This document shows, one piece after another, positions 18,734 through 28,904 of a stretch of 64,000 nt of DNA (its first letter is position 1; each line of letters begins with the position of its first letter). The notes beneath the pieces were generated by a model. That model did no database searches. It saw only the letters and a program-made list of their open reading frames with translations, and had not been told where the DNA came from. This DNA comes from Terriglobia bacterium (GTDB lineage Bacteria > Acidobacteriota > Terriglobia > 20CM-2-55-15), in NCBI GenBank assembly GCA_965198225.1, contig CBDAOY010000006.1, forward strand, positions 544,001 to 608,000, written 5' to 3'. Position numbers and translations under genes: made by a program.

Positions 18734-20370
18734 GAGTGTTCCTGCTCCTGGATTTTGAGGTTGATGAGATCGCGATACTGAGTCAGTTCGCGAATGAGAG
18801 GATCGACCTGACGCAGGGCGAGTGGAGGTCGCCGCTCCAGATAGCGGCGGACGAAACGATACTCGTAGACGTGGAGTTCCAGTGCCGCAGCCGAAGCATC
18901 CTCCACGGCGGAGACACCGTACTTCTTGGCCAGGGAGAGCACACCCAGGATGCGGCGGACCGCAGCTTCCCCTTGTCGGCGGTGAATGGCGTCACAGAGT
19001 GTGCCGATGTGGGTGCCAGCGCGGCGGGCTCGGGCCAGCAGTTGCACCGTCGTTAACGGGGTTTTCTTCGGGTTGTCTTCAGCACGGACACGGTATCCAC
19101 CCCGCTTCTGGCGGACATGCTCGCGGAGGAGTGGATAGGTGTTTGGGTCCAGGATCCGGACGTGAAGCGTGTCCCACTGGACCTTGACACCCCGTCCGAT
19201 CCAGCCCGGCGGTACACTGTAATAGGCGGCTTCGACTTCGACGCAACCGTCGAGATGGACGACACGTTCACCGAATTGGTAATAGCGAAACGGTTCGATC
19301 GGCAGCGGCTTAAGAGATGGTTTCTCTTCGGCGAACATGGCCGCCACCTGCCGCTTGGTCGTGCCGTGGATGCGGGTGTCGGCCCATCGGACTTCCCAGC
19401 GATCCAGATACCCCTGGGCCTGGTCGAGGCTCTCGAAGCGCTGTCCCTTCAATGGGGTCTTCTGGGCGTGCCCGACACCGGATTCGACTTTGCCTTTGCG
19501 GTCTGGATCGCGCACCCGGCATGGCATGGCCACCACGCCGTAATGGGTCAGGACATCTCGAAACAACGGATTCAGGGTGGGGTCGTAATGGTCCGGGACG
19601 ATCACGCCTTCGCGCAGGTTATCCAGCACGATGAGGCGGGGAGTGCCGCCGAGTCGGCGGAACGCGGTCTCGTGCAACTGGGCCCAGATGCGGGAACTGG
19701 ACTTGAACGTCAGCAGCCGGACCGATTTGCGGCTGTAGCCCAACGTCATCACGAACAGCCGCGTCCGTCGGTACTTGCCCGTCTTCGGATCCCGGACCAT
19801 CGGTCCGGTCCCGTAGTCGACCTGCGCTTCCTCTCCAGCTCCGGTCTGGATGATTCCGACCGCTTCCGGGGATCGCACTCCCCGGAGTTTGCGAACGAAA
19901 CGCTTGACCGATTCGTAGCTGCCGACAAAACCGTGATCCGTGACCAGGTCCTGCCAGATCGCCATCGCGTTGCGGCCACGCTCCAGCGCCTGTTGGATGG
20001 TCTCCCGGTACGGCTCGCAGGAACTGCCCGACGGTGGGCTTGGAGGGGGAGCCGACGACTCTGCCGAGACCGGATTCTCGGCCTCCGGGTCGGTGGTCAC
20101 TTCGTTGGCCGGTTTTGAAGTATCGGAACCGCCAAACCCCTCAACGACACCATTTACGCCGTCCGGGTCGGTGGTCACCTCGTTGGCCGGTTTTGCCGGT
20201 CGCCGGCCCCAACTCCCGGGCGGCCGAATGGGGATTCCGGCCGCTCTCAGATACGCACTGGCCGTCTCACGACGCACGCCGGTGGTCTGTTCGATCCGAC
20301 GCAGCGGCCATCCAAGCCGCCCCAATGCAACAACTTGCTCTCTCTTTTCTGTGCTCAAGACATTGCTCAT
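18730..20370 (-). CDS. istA: IS21 transposase IstA
   Basis: AQVDYG, LDNL, KGKVESGV, RIHGTT; ATGA overlap with istB. Confidence 0.95.
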   Translation of the reverse strand: MSNVLSTEKREQVVALGRLGWPLRRIEQTTGVRRETASAYLRAAGIPIRPPGSWGRRPAKPANEVTTDPDGVNGVVEGFGGSDTSKPANEVTTDPEAENPVSAESSAPPPSPPSGSSCEPYRETIQQALERGRNAMAIWQDLVTDHGFVGSYESVKRFVRKLRGVRSPEAVGIIQTGAGEEAQVDYGTGPMVRDPKTGKYRRTRLFVMTLGYSRKSVRLLTFKSSSRIWAQLHETAFRRLGGTPRLIVLDNLREGVIVPDHYDPTLNPLFRDVLTHYGVVAMPCRVRDPDRKGKVESGVGHAQKTPLKGQRFESLDQAQGYLDRWEVRWADTRIHGTTKRQVAAMFAEEKPSLKPLPIEPFRYYQFGERVVHLDGCVEVEAAYYSVPPGWIGRGVKVQWDTLHVRILDPNTYPLLREHVRQKRGGYRVRAEDNPKKTPLTTVQLLARARRAGTHIGTLCDAIHRRQGEAAVRRILGVLSLAKKYGVSAVEDASAAALELHVYEYRFVRRYLERRPPLALRQVDPLIRELTQYRDLINLKIQEQEHS

Positions 20371-22252
20371 GCCGACGGAGCCTGTTTCGGCTTCCCGTCG
20401 GTGTCAATGTCCCGGGCTTATCTATGTTCGTTGGCCGGTTTTCAGGTGACCACCATTGGCCGGTTTTGGGTGACCGCCGAGGGTCACGAGTTCAGGCAAT
20501 CCATACCGTTTCTTCCCCTGAAATCACTAAACCCAAATGTGCTTGTGGCGGTAGTTGCCCAAGTTGTCGAAGTGAAAATTCGATCCAACCGAAACTAAAT
20601 ATCAGCCAGCCAGGTGATCCATATGAACAAGAAGCCGATCAGGTAGCGGAACAAGTCATGCGCATGCCTGCCCCTGAAGTGCAACGACAAACGGACATTG
20701 AAAGAGACGACGGGATCGTTCAGACAAAACCATTCGCCGACACAACTCCCCAGCTTATTCAGCGCCAGGCAGAGGAAATTGAAGACGAAGAAGAGTCTAT
20801 CCAAGCCAAGTCTAGGTCAAATCAGCCCAATGCAATCGAAGCCAAGACCTATTCTCAGATCCAATCTCTTAAAGGTGGTGGTCGTCCTTTGCCGGAATCG
20901 TCACGCGCTTTCTTTGAGCCACGGTTTGGCACTAACTTCAGCCAGGTACGTGTCCATACGGATAATGAGGCAGCCATAGCTGCAAGAAACATCAATGCGC
21001 GGGCCTTCACGGCCAGCAACAATATCGCCTTTGCCTCAGGTGAATTTTCGCCAGAAACGGCAAGCGGCAGGAAACTATTGGCCCATGAATTAACACACGT
21101 CGTACAGCAGCGGGCTATGCCGAATCTTGCGACTGGGGCGATACTCCTGCAGCGTCAGCCCGGCACATGGGCCTCGGCCGGAGATGTTCTCGCCTACCCC
21201 TCTTATGATGCACCCGGCGATGCCCCCTTTATTCCGGTAGCGGCGTTCGGATCGCTCAATCAGACAGACTTCCAAGACCTGCTGCTGGACTGGGGCCGCG
21301 AGCGCTACTCGGGCGATGTGTGGAAAGCCTACAAAGATCAGATCAAGGATTTCAGCGCTGCGATCCTCTGGCGGCAGTACCGGCAGTGGGTGCCCCGGGT
21401 TCAGGCATTCAACCAAGACGCCCAGCTGCTCGGACCGCTCGAGCCGGGGCCCTACCCATGGGTTACCGGAATTTTCATTCGGCTGATGTACAACCCTGTC
21501 GAGACCGTATGGCGGCCCATCGAGATGGGCCCCGAGATCGTGGAACGTCAGCCCGGCGCTCCGACTACACCCCCGGCGCCTCCTGGCGGGGTGCAACCGG
21601 ATCAGCAGTCTTCCGAATCTGGTGTCGGTGCCGGCAATCCAGACTTGCCGGCCCGGGGGACGCTGCTCCATCAGGGATGTAGCGTGGCTCAAGTCAACAT
21701 GATTGGCGCCGATATCGCCATGGTCCACGGCATGCTGGAAACTGCCAATCAATGGTTGGACTCGCCTCGAGGGAAGGCCGATCTGGTCCTCGCAGCAAGC
21801 TTTCCGATGGTCGATCCCGAACACACCCGCAGCACGGTCCGGGACGAGATTCGAGATGCACTGTTCGTCCTCAATAGGATCGCACGTGGCAGGACGAGCG
21901 TTCTGTGTTCGACGGCCCCGAACTGCTGCCTGGGAAGACACCCGGTCTGTCACCCGTTAACTCAGCCGGAAGCGATTCATTTCTGCGCCAACTACTTCGC
22001 CATGCCTCCCCCCGGAAACCGTGCTGGCATCCTGACCCATGAGATGTTCCACGTAGTCCTGCCCAGGGACATCGCCGCTATGCACGCGGTGCAGTTTCTT
22101 GGCTTTGTTGCCGGTCTCGATTGCTCGACCGACCTTGGGGCCGGGGTCCAAGCCGCAAATCTCGATCCTTTCCACGTCGTCGATCTTTTTACTCGTACAG
22201 TCTGGTGTCTATCCCGCCAATAGTAAGAATAAGAGGTCAAATACTGACGGGC

Positions 22253-22308
22253 TGTGGATAACACCTGTTTCATGGGCAGCTTCCAGGCCTTCAGCGATTT
22301 GTAAGCGC
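22253..22308 (-). pseudogene. Internal fragment of Ser/Thr kinase
   Basis: LQIAEGLEAAHETGVIH versus LQIAEALEAAHGKGVIH in the intact kinase. Confidence 0.65.
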
Positions 22309-22503
22309 GCAGCTTTCGCGATTCTGCGAAGTGCATACTCGATGCTGATAAGCCAGCCTGTTTTCGACGGCCCCGTCGTCAACCGAACGCGCTGCTCCAG
22401 CGGTCCCACTCTGTTAGGAGCGACTCTTCGAGGATGACAATCGTCAGCTCGCAGGATACTTTATATTGCAGAGTACTTGGCAATGCAATATCATTCCTGC
22501 TCA

Positions 22504-24006
22504 ATGCGACGGTACTTTCGAACGGCCAAGTTCATCCTGCCCGCCCTCACGGAAGCAACCAGCCCCTACTGGCGCCCAATCAAGTATTCACTCTTTCCAC
22601 CTCTCGGACTTGCCACACTGGCCGCCTACCTTGATCCGAACATCCAAACAACGCTGGTCGATGAGCACGTGGAACCCCTTTCTCTCGACGACACGCCCGA
22701 CCTCGTTGTGATCCAGGTCTATATCACGAACGCCTATCGTAGTTATCAGATTGCCGACTACTATCGGAGTAAGGGGTGCTACGTGGCGCTTGGTGGCTTG
22801 CATGTGACCTCGCTACCTGACGAAGCGGAGGCCCATGCCGACAGCATCTTTCTTGGTCCTGGGGAGGAAACGTTTCCGCAATTCCTGAAAGACGTAGCGG
22901 ACGGACGTCCGCAACGTCGCTACTTCTCATCGCTCCGGACCCTCGAACAAATTCCCCCGATTCGTCGCGCTTTGATCAAGCGTTCGCATTACCTGGTGCC
23001 CAACTCGATCGTTGTCACCCGAGGTTGTCCTCATCATTGCGAGTTCTGTTACAAGGACGCCTTTTTCGCAGGCGGCAAGTCCTTTTACACGCAACGTGTG
23101 GACGACGCGTTGGCAGAAATCGAGTGTCTTCCGGGCCGACACCTGTACTTTCTGGACGACCATCTCCTGGGGAACCCCCAATTTGCCCGGTCCCTGTTCG
23201 ATGGCATGGCTGGCATGGGCCGTCTGTTTCAGGGGGCAGCCACGGTGGATTCCGTACTGCGGGGTGATCTGATTGAACATGCAGCGGAAGCGGGGCTGCG
23301 CAGTCTGTTTGTAGGTTTCGAGTCGTTGAATCCCAGGAACCTCCGTCAGAGCAACAAGCCGCAGAACCTGGGTCGAAGCTACCAACAGGTAATCCGTCGC
23401 CTGGATCAACTCGGCATCATGATCAATGGAAGCTTTGTCTTTGGGTTGGATGATGATGATCCCGACGTTTTTCGACGCACCGTGGACTGGGCACTGGACC
23501 AGGGCATCACGACCGCCACGTTCCACATATTGACACCATATCCGGGCACGGCTCTGTTCAGGAAGATGGAAGCGGCCGGCCGCATCGTCACATATGACTG
23601 GGATCGTTACGACACGCGCCACGTCGTGTACCGAACCCGCGGCTTGAGTGAGCCACAACTAAAGGCTGGTTATGATTGGGCGTATGAGGAATTCTATCGC
23701 TGGACCAACATCGCCAGAGGCTCTCTACATCACAGAACGTTCAAACATTCCTTAAAACACTTCTTCTACACAGCTGGCTGGAAGAAATTTGAGAGTGTGT
23801 GGAATCTTGCCATCAGGACCCGCCAGCTAGGGCATATGCGTCCCCTCCTCGAAGCCGTCCTTTCCAAAGTCACGGCTTCAGGCAGCAAGCCGGATGAACT
23901 TGGCCTCGGCAATAAGCCGCCTTCCGGGATTGGACCGGCATCCGGGAAGCTAAATTCTACAAAGAGGAAACCCTCGCTCAATGACGCGACCGCCGCCTTC
24001 GAGTAG
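22504..24006 (+). CDS. B12-binding-domain radical SAM protein
   Basis: FPPLGLATLA, GGLHVT, RGCPHHCEFC (CxxxCxxC), FVGFES, TPYPGT; start uncertain. Confidence 0.88.
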   Translation: MRRYFRTAKFILPALTEATSPYWRPIKYSLFPPLGLATLAAYLDPNIQTTLVDEHVEPLSLDDTPDLVVIQVYITNAYRSYQIADYYRSKGCYVALGGLHVTSLPDEAEAHADSIFLGPGEETFPQFLKDVADGRPQRRYFSSLRTLEQIPPIRRALIKRSHYLVPNSIVVTRGCPHHCEFCYKDAFFAGGKSFYTQRVDDALAEIECLPGRHLYFLDDHLLGNPQFARSLFDGMAGMGRLFQGAATVDSVLRGDLIEHAAEAGLRSLFVGFESLNPRNLRQSNKPQNLGRSYQQVIRRLDQLGIMINGSFVFGLDDDDPDVFRRTVDWALDQGITTATFHILTPYPGTALFRKMEAAGRIVTYDWDRYDTRHVVYRTRGLSEPQLKAGYDWAYEEFYRWTNIARGSLHHRTFKHSLKHFFYTAGWKKFESVWNLAIRTRQLGHMRPLLEAVLSKVTASGSKPDELGLGNKPPSGIGPASGKLNSTKRKPSLNDATAAFE

Positions 24007-24088
24007 GGACGGTTTGATGGACATAGGTGGCCATATCGGTCAGGATATCGCCCAGACGAGTTTGCGCGTCGAGAGAGAGGAGCGAATC

Positions 24089-25060
24089 ATGGTCAGCAAC
24101 CTCCCGCAGTTCACACCAACGCTGCTTCTCTTGCCTCTCATAGTCTCGTTCGCCATCAGTGGCTGCGCCGACGCTACTCCGCCACCCCCAGCTGAACCGG
24201 AGGTGGCAGACTCGGGCATCATTCGGAGCGGGCAGTTCGACCTCGAGTACAGGATCGAGGGCACCGGCCCGACCGCCCTCGTCATCGGTTTTCCTAACTA
24301 CTACTCCCGGATCTACTCCGAGAATCTCCGCTCACACCTGCGGATGGTGTTCGTGGACCACAGGGGTTCGGCCGCCTCGCCAGGCCCGGTCGAGAGGACT
24401 GAGTTCGACCTGGAGAGGCTGATCGAAGACATCGAATTGGTCCGTGAGAATCTGCGCCTGGGTCCCATCATCGCGATCGGCCACTCCGGCCACTCCTACA
24501 TGGCTCTCGAATACGCCAAGAAGTACCCGGACAATGTTTCGCACGTCGTCATGATCGGTACCGGCCCGGACCTGGGTGCATCGAGCCGCGACGCGAGGGA
24601 CAGGCACTGGGAGGAATTCGCTTCTGATGAGAGGAAGGCAGCGTTCGAGGAGAACCGACGGAATATGCCCGACGAGCAGCTTGCCGAGCTGCCCCCCGGA
24701 GAAGCCTTTATCAAGAACTACATCCGGAACAGCCCACGAGGTTGGTACGACCCGCACTTTGATTCAACTCCACTCTGGGAGGGCGTCGACGTCAACATGG
24801 ACATGTTCGATTACGTCTGGGGGGAGCTTTTCCGGGACATCGACGTGACTCGTGGGCTGGAGACCTTCGATCGACCCGTGTTCCTGGCCCTCGGCCGCCA
24901 CGACTTTCTCGGGGCGACGCCTTCCGCCTGGGACCCGATCACGGATCGCTTCGCCGACGTCACCGTTCGAATCTTCGAGGAGAGCGGCCACACGCCGCAG
25001 TTCGATGAGCCGGAGTTGTTTGACACGGAGCTGCTCGCCTGGATCGAGGAACACGAGTAA
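24089..25060 (+). CDS. Alpha/beta hydrolase lipoprotein (proline iminopeptidase-like)
   Basis: RBS GAGAGGAG; lipobox ISGC; DHRG, GHSGH elbow, GRHD, ESGH. Confidence 0.82.
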   Translation: MVSNLPQFTPTLLLLPLIVSFAISGCADATPPPPAEPEVADSGIIRSGQFDLEYRIEGTGPTALVIGFPNYYSRIYSENLRSHLRMVFVDHRGSAASPGPVERTEFDLERLIEDIELVRENLRLGPIIAIGHSGHSYMALEYAKKYPDNVSHVVMIGTGPDLGASSRDARDRHWEEFASDERKAAFEENRRNMPDEQLAELPPGEAFIKNYIRNSPRGWYDPHFDSTPLWEGVDVNMDMFDYVWGELFRDIDVTRGLETFDRPVFLALGRHDFLGATPSAWDPITDRFADVTVRIFEESGHTPQFDEPELFDTELLAWIEEHE

Positions 25061-25170
25061 GGAGCGGGACGGAGCCCCACGACCGCCGCCGGACGCCAAC
25101 CGCCGCTTCGCTCCGGGCCGCACCCCGACTGCCTCCCCCGCGTTTGTTTCTGGCGTCGGCAGAGCCGCGT

Positions 25171-26781
25171 CTAGGCGATTCTTTGAATGGAGGGTGGGGG
25201 AGGAATCGGACCCAGCACCGTCTCCACGGCGATTCCCAATCCCAATATCCGGCTGTCGTCGCCCGGCAGACCCTGCAACGACAAGCCGACCGGAAGCCCC
25301 GATGTCAGGCCGGCAGGCACGTTCAGTCCGGGAGTGCCCAGTCGAGAGCCCCAGAACACGTTCGTGATGATGAGGTCGAACTCATCAACCCAGGTGCCAT
25401 TCACCAGGATCCGCTGTCCTGGCGTATCTCCGTTGGAATTGATCAATGGCGGTGGAATCAGTACGGTCGGAAAGGCCAGAGCGACGATGTCGTTCGATCG
25501 AAAGACATCTGCGTATTGACTTGCTGCCTGCCTGACCATTGCATTTCCCTCCTCGGCTGAGAGCGGCGGAGGAGCGTTTCCCGATCGAACCCTCGGCGGG
25601 TAGGAGTTTCGAAAGCGGTTCAGGTCTTCGACCGTTACTTCCGGAACATTCTGCTCGAGCCATTCGGCGAGGCGATTGTCAGGCCTCCGCATCGCGGCGC
25701 CCAGTCGATCTCCCGCGTTGAGCTCCAGGAGGGCGTTGAGATCGATCTCGATCAATCGAGCGCCGGCATCCCGTAGCCTGGAAAACGCCCCCTGCACGGT
25801 CTTCTCCACTCCCGGGTCGAAGATTCGACCTTCCCAATAGTCCGCGCGCGGAATTCCGATACCCACATCACGCAGACTGATCTCGGGCACCGCCTCACCG
25901 GTGATAACGGCGTCCAGGAATGCGACGTCTGCAACCGTGCGCGCCATCGGGCCAATCGTGTCCAACGGCCGTGCCGGCGGCACCATTCCGTCACTGGAAT
26001 ACCGCTTCCGTGTGGTTCGGGCCAGGAAGTTGTCCGGCGAATACGTCGAGGGCCGGAGCCCGGCGATACCCGAGAACGCGGAGGGAAGACGAACCGACCC
26101 GCCCGTGTCTTCGCCCAGCCCCGCGGGAACGAACCGCGCCGCAATCGCCGCACCGTTCCCACCGCTGGACCCGCCGGGAATGCGAGTGAGATCGTACGGA
26201 TTGCGGACGAACCCGAAAAATCGATTGCTCGATGTCACCCCGCCCGGGCTGACACCACCGACCATCGAATGACAATTCGCTTTGGCAAACACGATGCCGC
26301 CGGCTTTGATCATGGTATCGACGACCGGTGCACTTACCCGGGGGACATATCCCTTGATCATCGCGTTGCCCGCTGTCGTCGGATAGCCCGCGACATCGAT
26401 CTGATCCTTGACGATAAAGGGTAGACCGGAGAGCGGGCCGAGCCGATCGCCGCGGGCCCGGGCTTGATCGACCGCACGGGCATCCTGCAGCAAGCGCGCT
26501 TCATCGATCGTGATGATCGCGTTCAAATCCTTGTGGGCGTTGTACTGCTTGAGAAGTTCCGCGGCGTAGAATTCCGCCGACATATCTCCCTGTTGAATGT
26601 GCTCGACTGCGGAGCGCGCGCCGAGTTCGGGCACATCCTCCCTGCCGGTCTGGGCGTATCCGTGGAGCAGTCGCATCGCACTGCCTGTCACGCAGAACGG
26701 GGTTGCCCATGCAGCTGCTTTGAGCAAACGGCGCCGCGACGAATTGACTGGCTCAGGTGGTATCCGGTTTCCTTCTTTCAT
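25171..26781 (-). CDS. Tat-exported amidase (amidase signature family)
   Basis: SSRRRLLK Tat motif; VKD, PGGSSGG, EDTGGSVRLPS. Confidence 0.9.
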   Translation of the reverse strand: MKEGNRIPPEPVNSSRRRLLKAAAWATPFCVTGSAMRLLHGYAQTGREDVPELGARSAVEHIQQGDMSAEFYAAELLKQYNAHKDLNAIITIDEARLLQDARAVDQARARGDRLGPLSGLPFIVKDQIDVAGYPTTAGNAMIKGYVPRVSAPVVDTMIKAGGIVFAKANCHSMVGGVSPGGVTSSNRFFGFVRNPYDLTRIPGGSSGGNGAAIAARFVPAGLGEDTGGSVRLPSAFSGIAGLRPSTYSPDNFLARTTRKRYSSDGMVPPARPLDTIGPMARTVADVAFLDAVITGEAVPEISLRDVGIGIPRADYWEGRIFDPGVEKTVQGAFSRLRDAGARLIEIDLNALLELNAGDRLGAAMRRPDNRLAEWLEQNVPEVTVEDLNRFRNSYPPRVRSGNAPPPLSAEEGNAMVRQAASQYADVFRSNDIVALAFPTVLIPPPLINSNGDTPGQRILVNGTWVDEFDLIITNVFWGSRLGTPGLNVPAGLTSGLPVGLSLQGLPGDDSRILGLGIAVETVLGPIPPPPSIQRIA

Positions 26782-26977
26782 TGATTTCCCCTTGGAACTT
26801 GCGTGAATGGTACGAAAGGAAAGGCTGGGACGCAAACATTGAGTCACTTGCGTTCCAACCGAAACTCGAGGGGCAGAGGGTCGATGTATGTCATTCGGTC
26901 TTCGTCACAAGAAAGAGTGCCGAGTTGACAGCGGGGCATGATATACGTCGCAAATCCAATTCAGGATGGAGGTTTGC

Positions 26978-27856
26978 ATGACACGACGCATCTTGGTCAT
27001 ATGGTCGCTAGTTTTCGTGTGGTCGGGGACTCTCGGCAGTGCTTTCGCGCAACAGCCTGCGCCACCACCTCCGGAAGACGCGGTGTTTACGGATAAGTTC
27101 AAGTCCGCCGCCCGATCTGGAGAACAGCCGAAGCCCCTCGCCTACAGGCAGGAATGGATGTCGGGTTGGGATATGTACCCCGATGGCACAGTTGAATTCA
27201 AGGGTGTGAGTCACTATCCTCAGGAACCGCTCAGTCAGGATCATGTAAAGAACCCCAATCTGGAACTCAAGATGTACGGCGCGTACAAGCCGAAAGACCC
27301 GTCAATCTTTGAAGACGTGCCTCCATGGGACCGGCCGGCCCTCTTGTTTTCGCATCAGTTCGAGGAACAGGTGCCGCACACATGGAATGGAATGTGCTCG
27401 CCCAACTGCGCCGCCACTTTCAGAGAGAGAGATCATTATGTTGATCTGTCAGGCAACGCGAGTGTTCGATGGATCACAAAGGTCCTGGGCACCGGCCATG
27501 AGATTCGCCTGATTTTGAAACTGGCCGATGGGACGTGGATGATGAGCGACAATTGGACGACCGGCTATTCCTCAGATTACGTCGTGTCCGAGGTCGCCCT
27601 TCGCGACATCATCTGGAAGCATCTGAACGTGGACTACAAGATTCCGGCCCATGTTCCGGACGAGCACGTTTACTCGTCTTCGGTTGGCGAACACGCCGAT
27701 GGCCGGTGGTTTGTAAACCCCGACTTGAGCAAAGTCGACGAAATTGGCTGGACGGACTTGACTCCGGGGCTCGGACACGGACAAGGCGGAATGGTCGCCG
27801 TCGGCTGGATGGAGGTTTACGGGAACCTGGTCGAACGGACTTCATCGAAGAACTGA
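26978..27856 (+). CDS. Secreted hypothetical protein, paralog A
   Basis: GGAGG RBS; signal peptide AFA-QQ; long identical blocks shared with 28023-28904. Confidence 0.85.
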   Translation: MTRRILVIWSLVFVWSGTLGSAFAQQPAPPPPEDAVFTDKFKSAARSGEQPKPLAYRQEWMSGWDMYPDGTVEFKGVSHYPQEPLSQDHVKNPNLELKMYGAYKPKDPSIFEDVPPWDRPALLFSHQFEEQVPHTWNGMCSPNCAATFRERDHYVDLSGNASVRWITKVLGTGHEIRLILKLADGTWMMSDNWTTGYSSDYVVSEVALRDIIWKHLNVDYKIPAHVPDEHVYSSSVGEHADGRWFVNPDLSKVDEIGWTDLTPGLGHGQGGMVAVGWMEVYGNLVERTSSKN

Positions 27857-28022
27857 AGTGTGCGAAAGGCACGAGGCCTTTCCAGGCAGCGGTGGTTGTC
27901 GGCGCCTTGTCCGATTCCACCGCTCTCATTCCTTGCTCGCACAGTTGAAAAGAGGCGGGCGAATCACACAAATGAAAGGGCGAAGGGGACGTCACCGGTG
28001 CGGTCGGCGTCCCCGACTCGCG

Positions 28023-28904
28023 TTACTGCTGGGCCGAATCGCGCTTGACCAGTGTGCCGTAGACCTCCATCCATCCGACGACACTTGGCGCAGACCTGCC
28101 TCGACCATGGCCCGTTCCTGGAGTCAAGTCCGTCCACCCAATTTCGTCGACCCTGCTCAAGTCGGGGTCCATGAACCAGTGTCCATCCGCATGTTCGACA
28201 ACTGAAGACGTATAGACATACTCATCTGGAACATAGGCCGGGATCGTGCGATCCACATCCAGCTGCTTCCAGAGGATGTCCCGAACCGCGACCTCCGATA
28301 CAACATAGTCCGAGGAGTAGCCGCTCGTCTTGTTGGCGCTCATCATCCACGTCCCGTCGGCGAGTTTCACGATCAGGCGGATCTCATGGCCGGTGCCCGC
28401 GACCATCGTGATCCATCGAACCTTGGCGTTGCCTGACAGATCGACGTAGTGATCTCTTTCCCTGAACGCGACAGCGCAGGTGGGCGAGCACATTCCGGTC
28501 CATACGTGCGGCACCTGTTCCTTGAACTGATGCGAGAACAACAGCCCAAGCCGGTCCCATTGAGGTACATCCTCAAAAATCGAGGGATCGACCGGCTTGT
28601 AAGCGCCGTACATCTTGAGTTCCAGATTGGGGTTCTTTACATGATCCTGAGAGAGCGCCTCCTGGGGATAGTGTCTTGTCCCTCTGAATTCTACGTAGCC
28701 CGGCCCCGTGTCCCACGCCGACTTCCACTCTTGCCGGTAAGCCAGCGGCATCTGCTCTCCCCGTCGTGTCGTGCTCTTGAATTTAGCCGTCAGCGCCTTG
28801 TCTGCCTCTGACTGTGGCGGCGAAGTCGTTTGCGCGAAAACGCTGTCGACAACCCACGAACATGCCAAACACAGCGACAATATGACCAACATGCGTCGTG
28901 CCAT
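28023..28904 (-). CDS. Secreted hypothetical protein, paralog B
   Basis: GGAGG RBS; signal peptide VFA-QT; shares LSQDHVKNPNLELKMYGAYKP, FRERDHYVDLSGNA, VDEIGWTDLTPG. Confidence 0.85.
   Translation of the reverse strand: MARRMLVILSLCLACSWVVDSVFAQTTSPPQSEADKALTAKFKSTTRRGEQMPLAYRQEWKSAWDTGPGYVEFRGTRHYPQEALSQDHVKNPNLELKMYGAYKPVDPSIFEDVPQWDRLGLLFSHQFKEQVPHVWTGMCSPTCAVAFRERDHYVDLSGNAKVRWITMVAGTGHEIRLIVKLADGTWMMSANKTSGYSSDYVVSEVAVRDILWKQLDVDRTIPAYVPDEYVYTSSVVEHADGHWFMDPDLSRVDEIGWTDLTPGTGHGRGRSAPSVVGWMEVYGTLVKRDSAQQ

Larger units (their letters stand above)
17924..20482 (-). mobile_element. IS21-family insertion sequence
   Basis: Imperfect TIRs cctcagtggtcacttcaaaaccggccaa / ttggccggttttgggtgaccgccgagg; GTC at 17921-17923 and 20483-20485; istA-istB pair. 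Confidence 0.9.
17847..22223 (+). pseudogene. DUF4157 (eCIS core domain) protein with C-terminal HExxH domain, interrupted by IS21
   Basis: 17847-17923 joins 20486-22223 in frame once the IS and one TSD copy are removed; CACGGSCPSC, QPKLNISQPGDPYEQEAD, FSQVRVHTD, LLAHELTHVVQQ, GILTHEMFH. Confidence 0.85.

Noticed and set aside
20034-20483. N-terminal 150 aa of the 729-aa ORF
   Set aside because: Antisense read-through of istA and the IS end; the real N-terminus lies at 17847
22504-24006. Radical SAM as part of a RiPP or biosynthetic cluster
   Set aside because: No precursor peptide, transporter or tailoring genes adjacent
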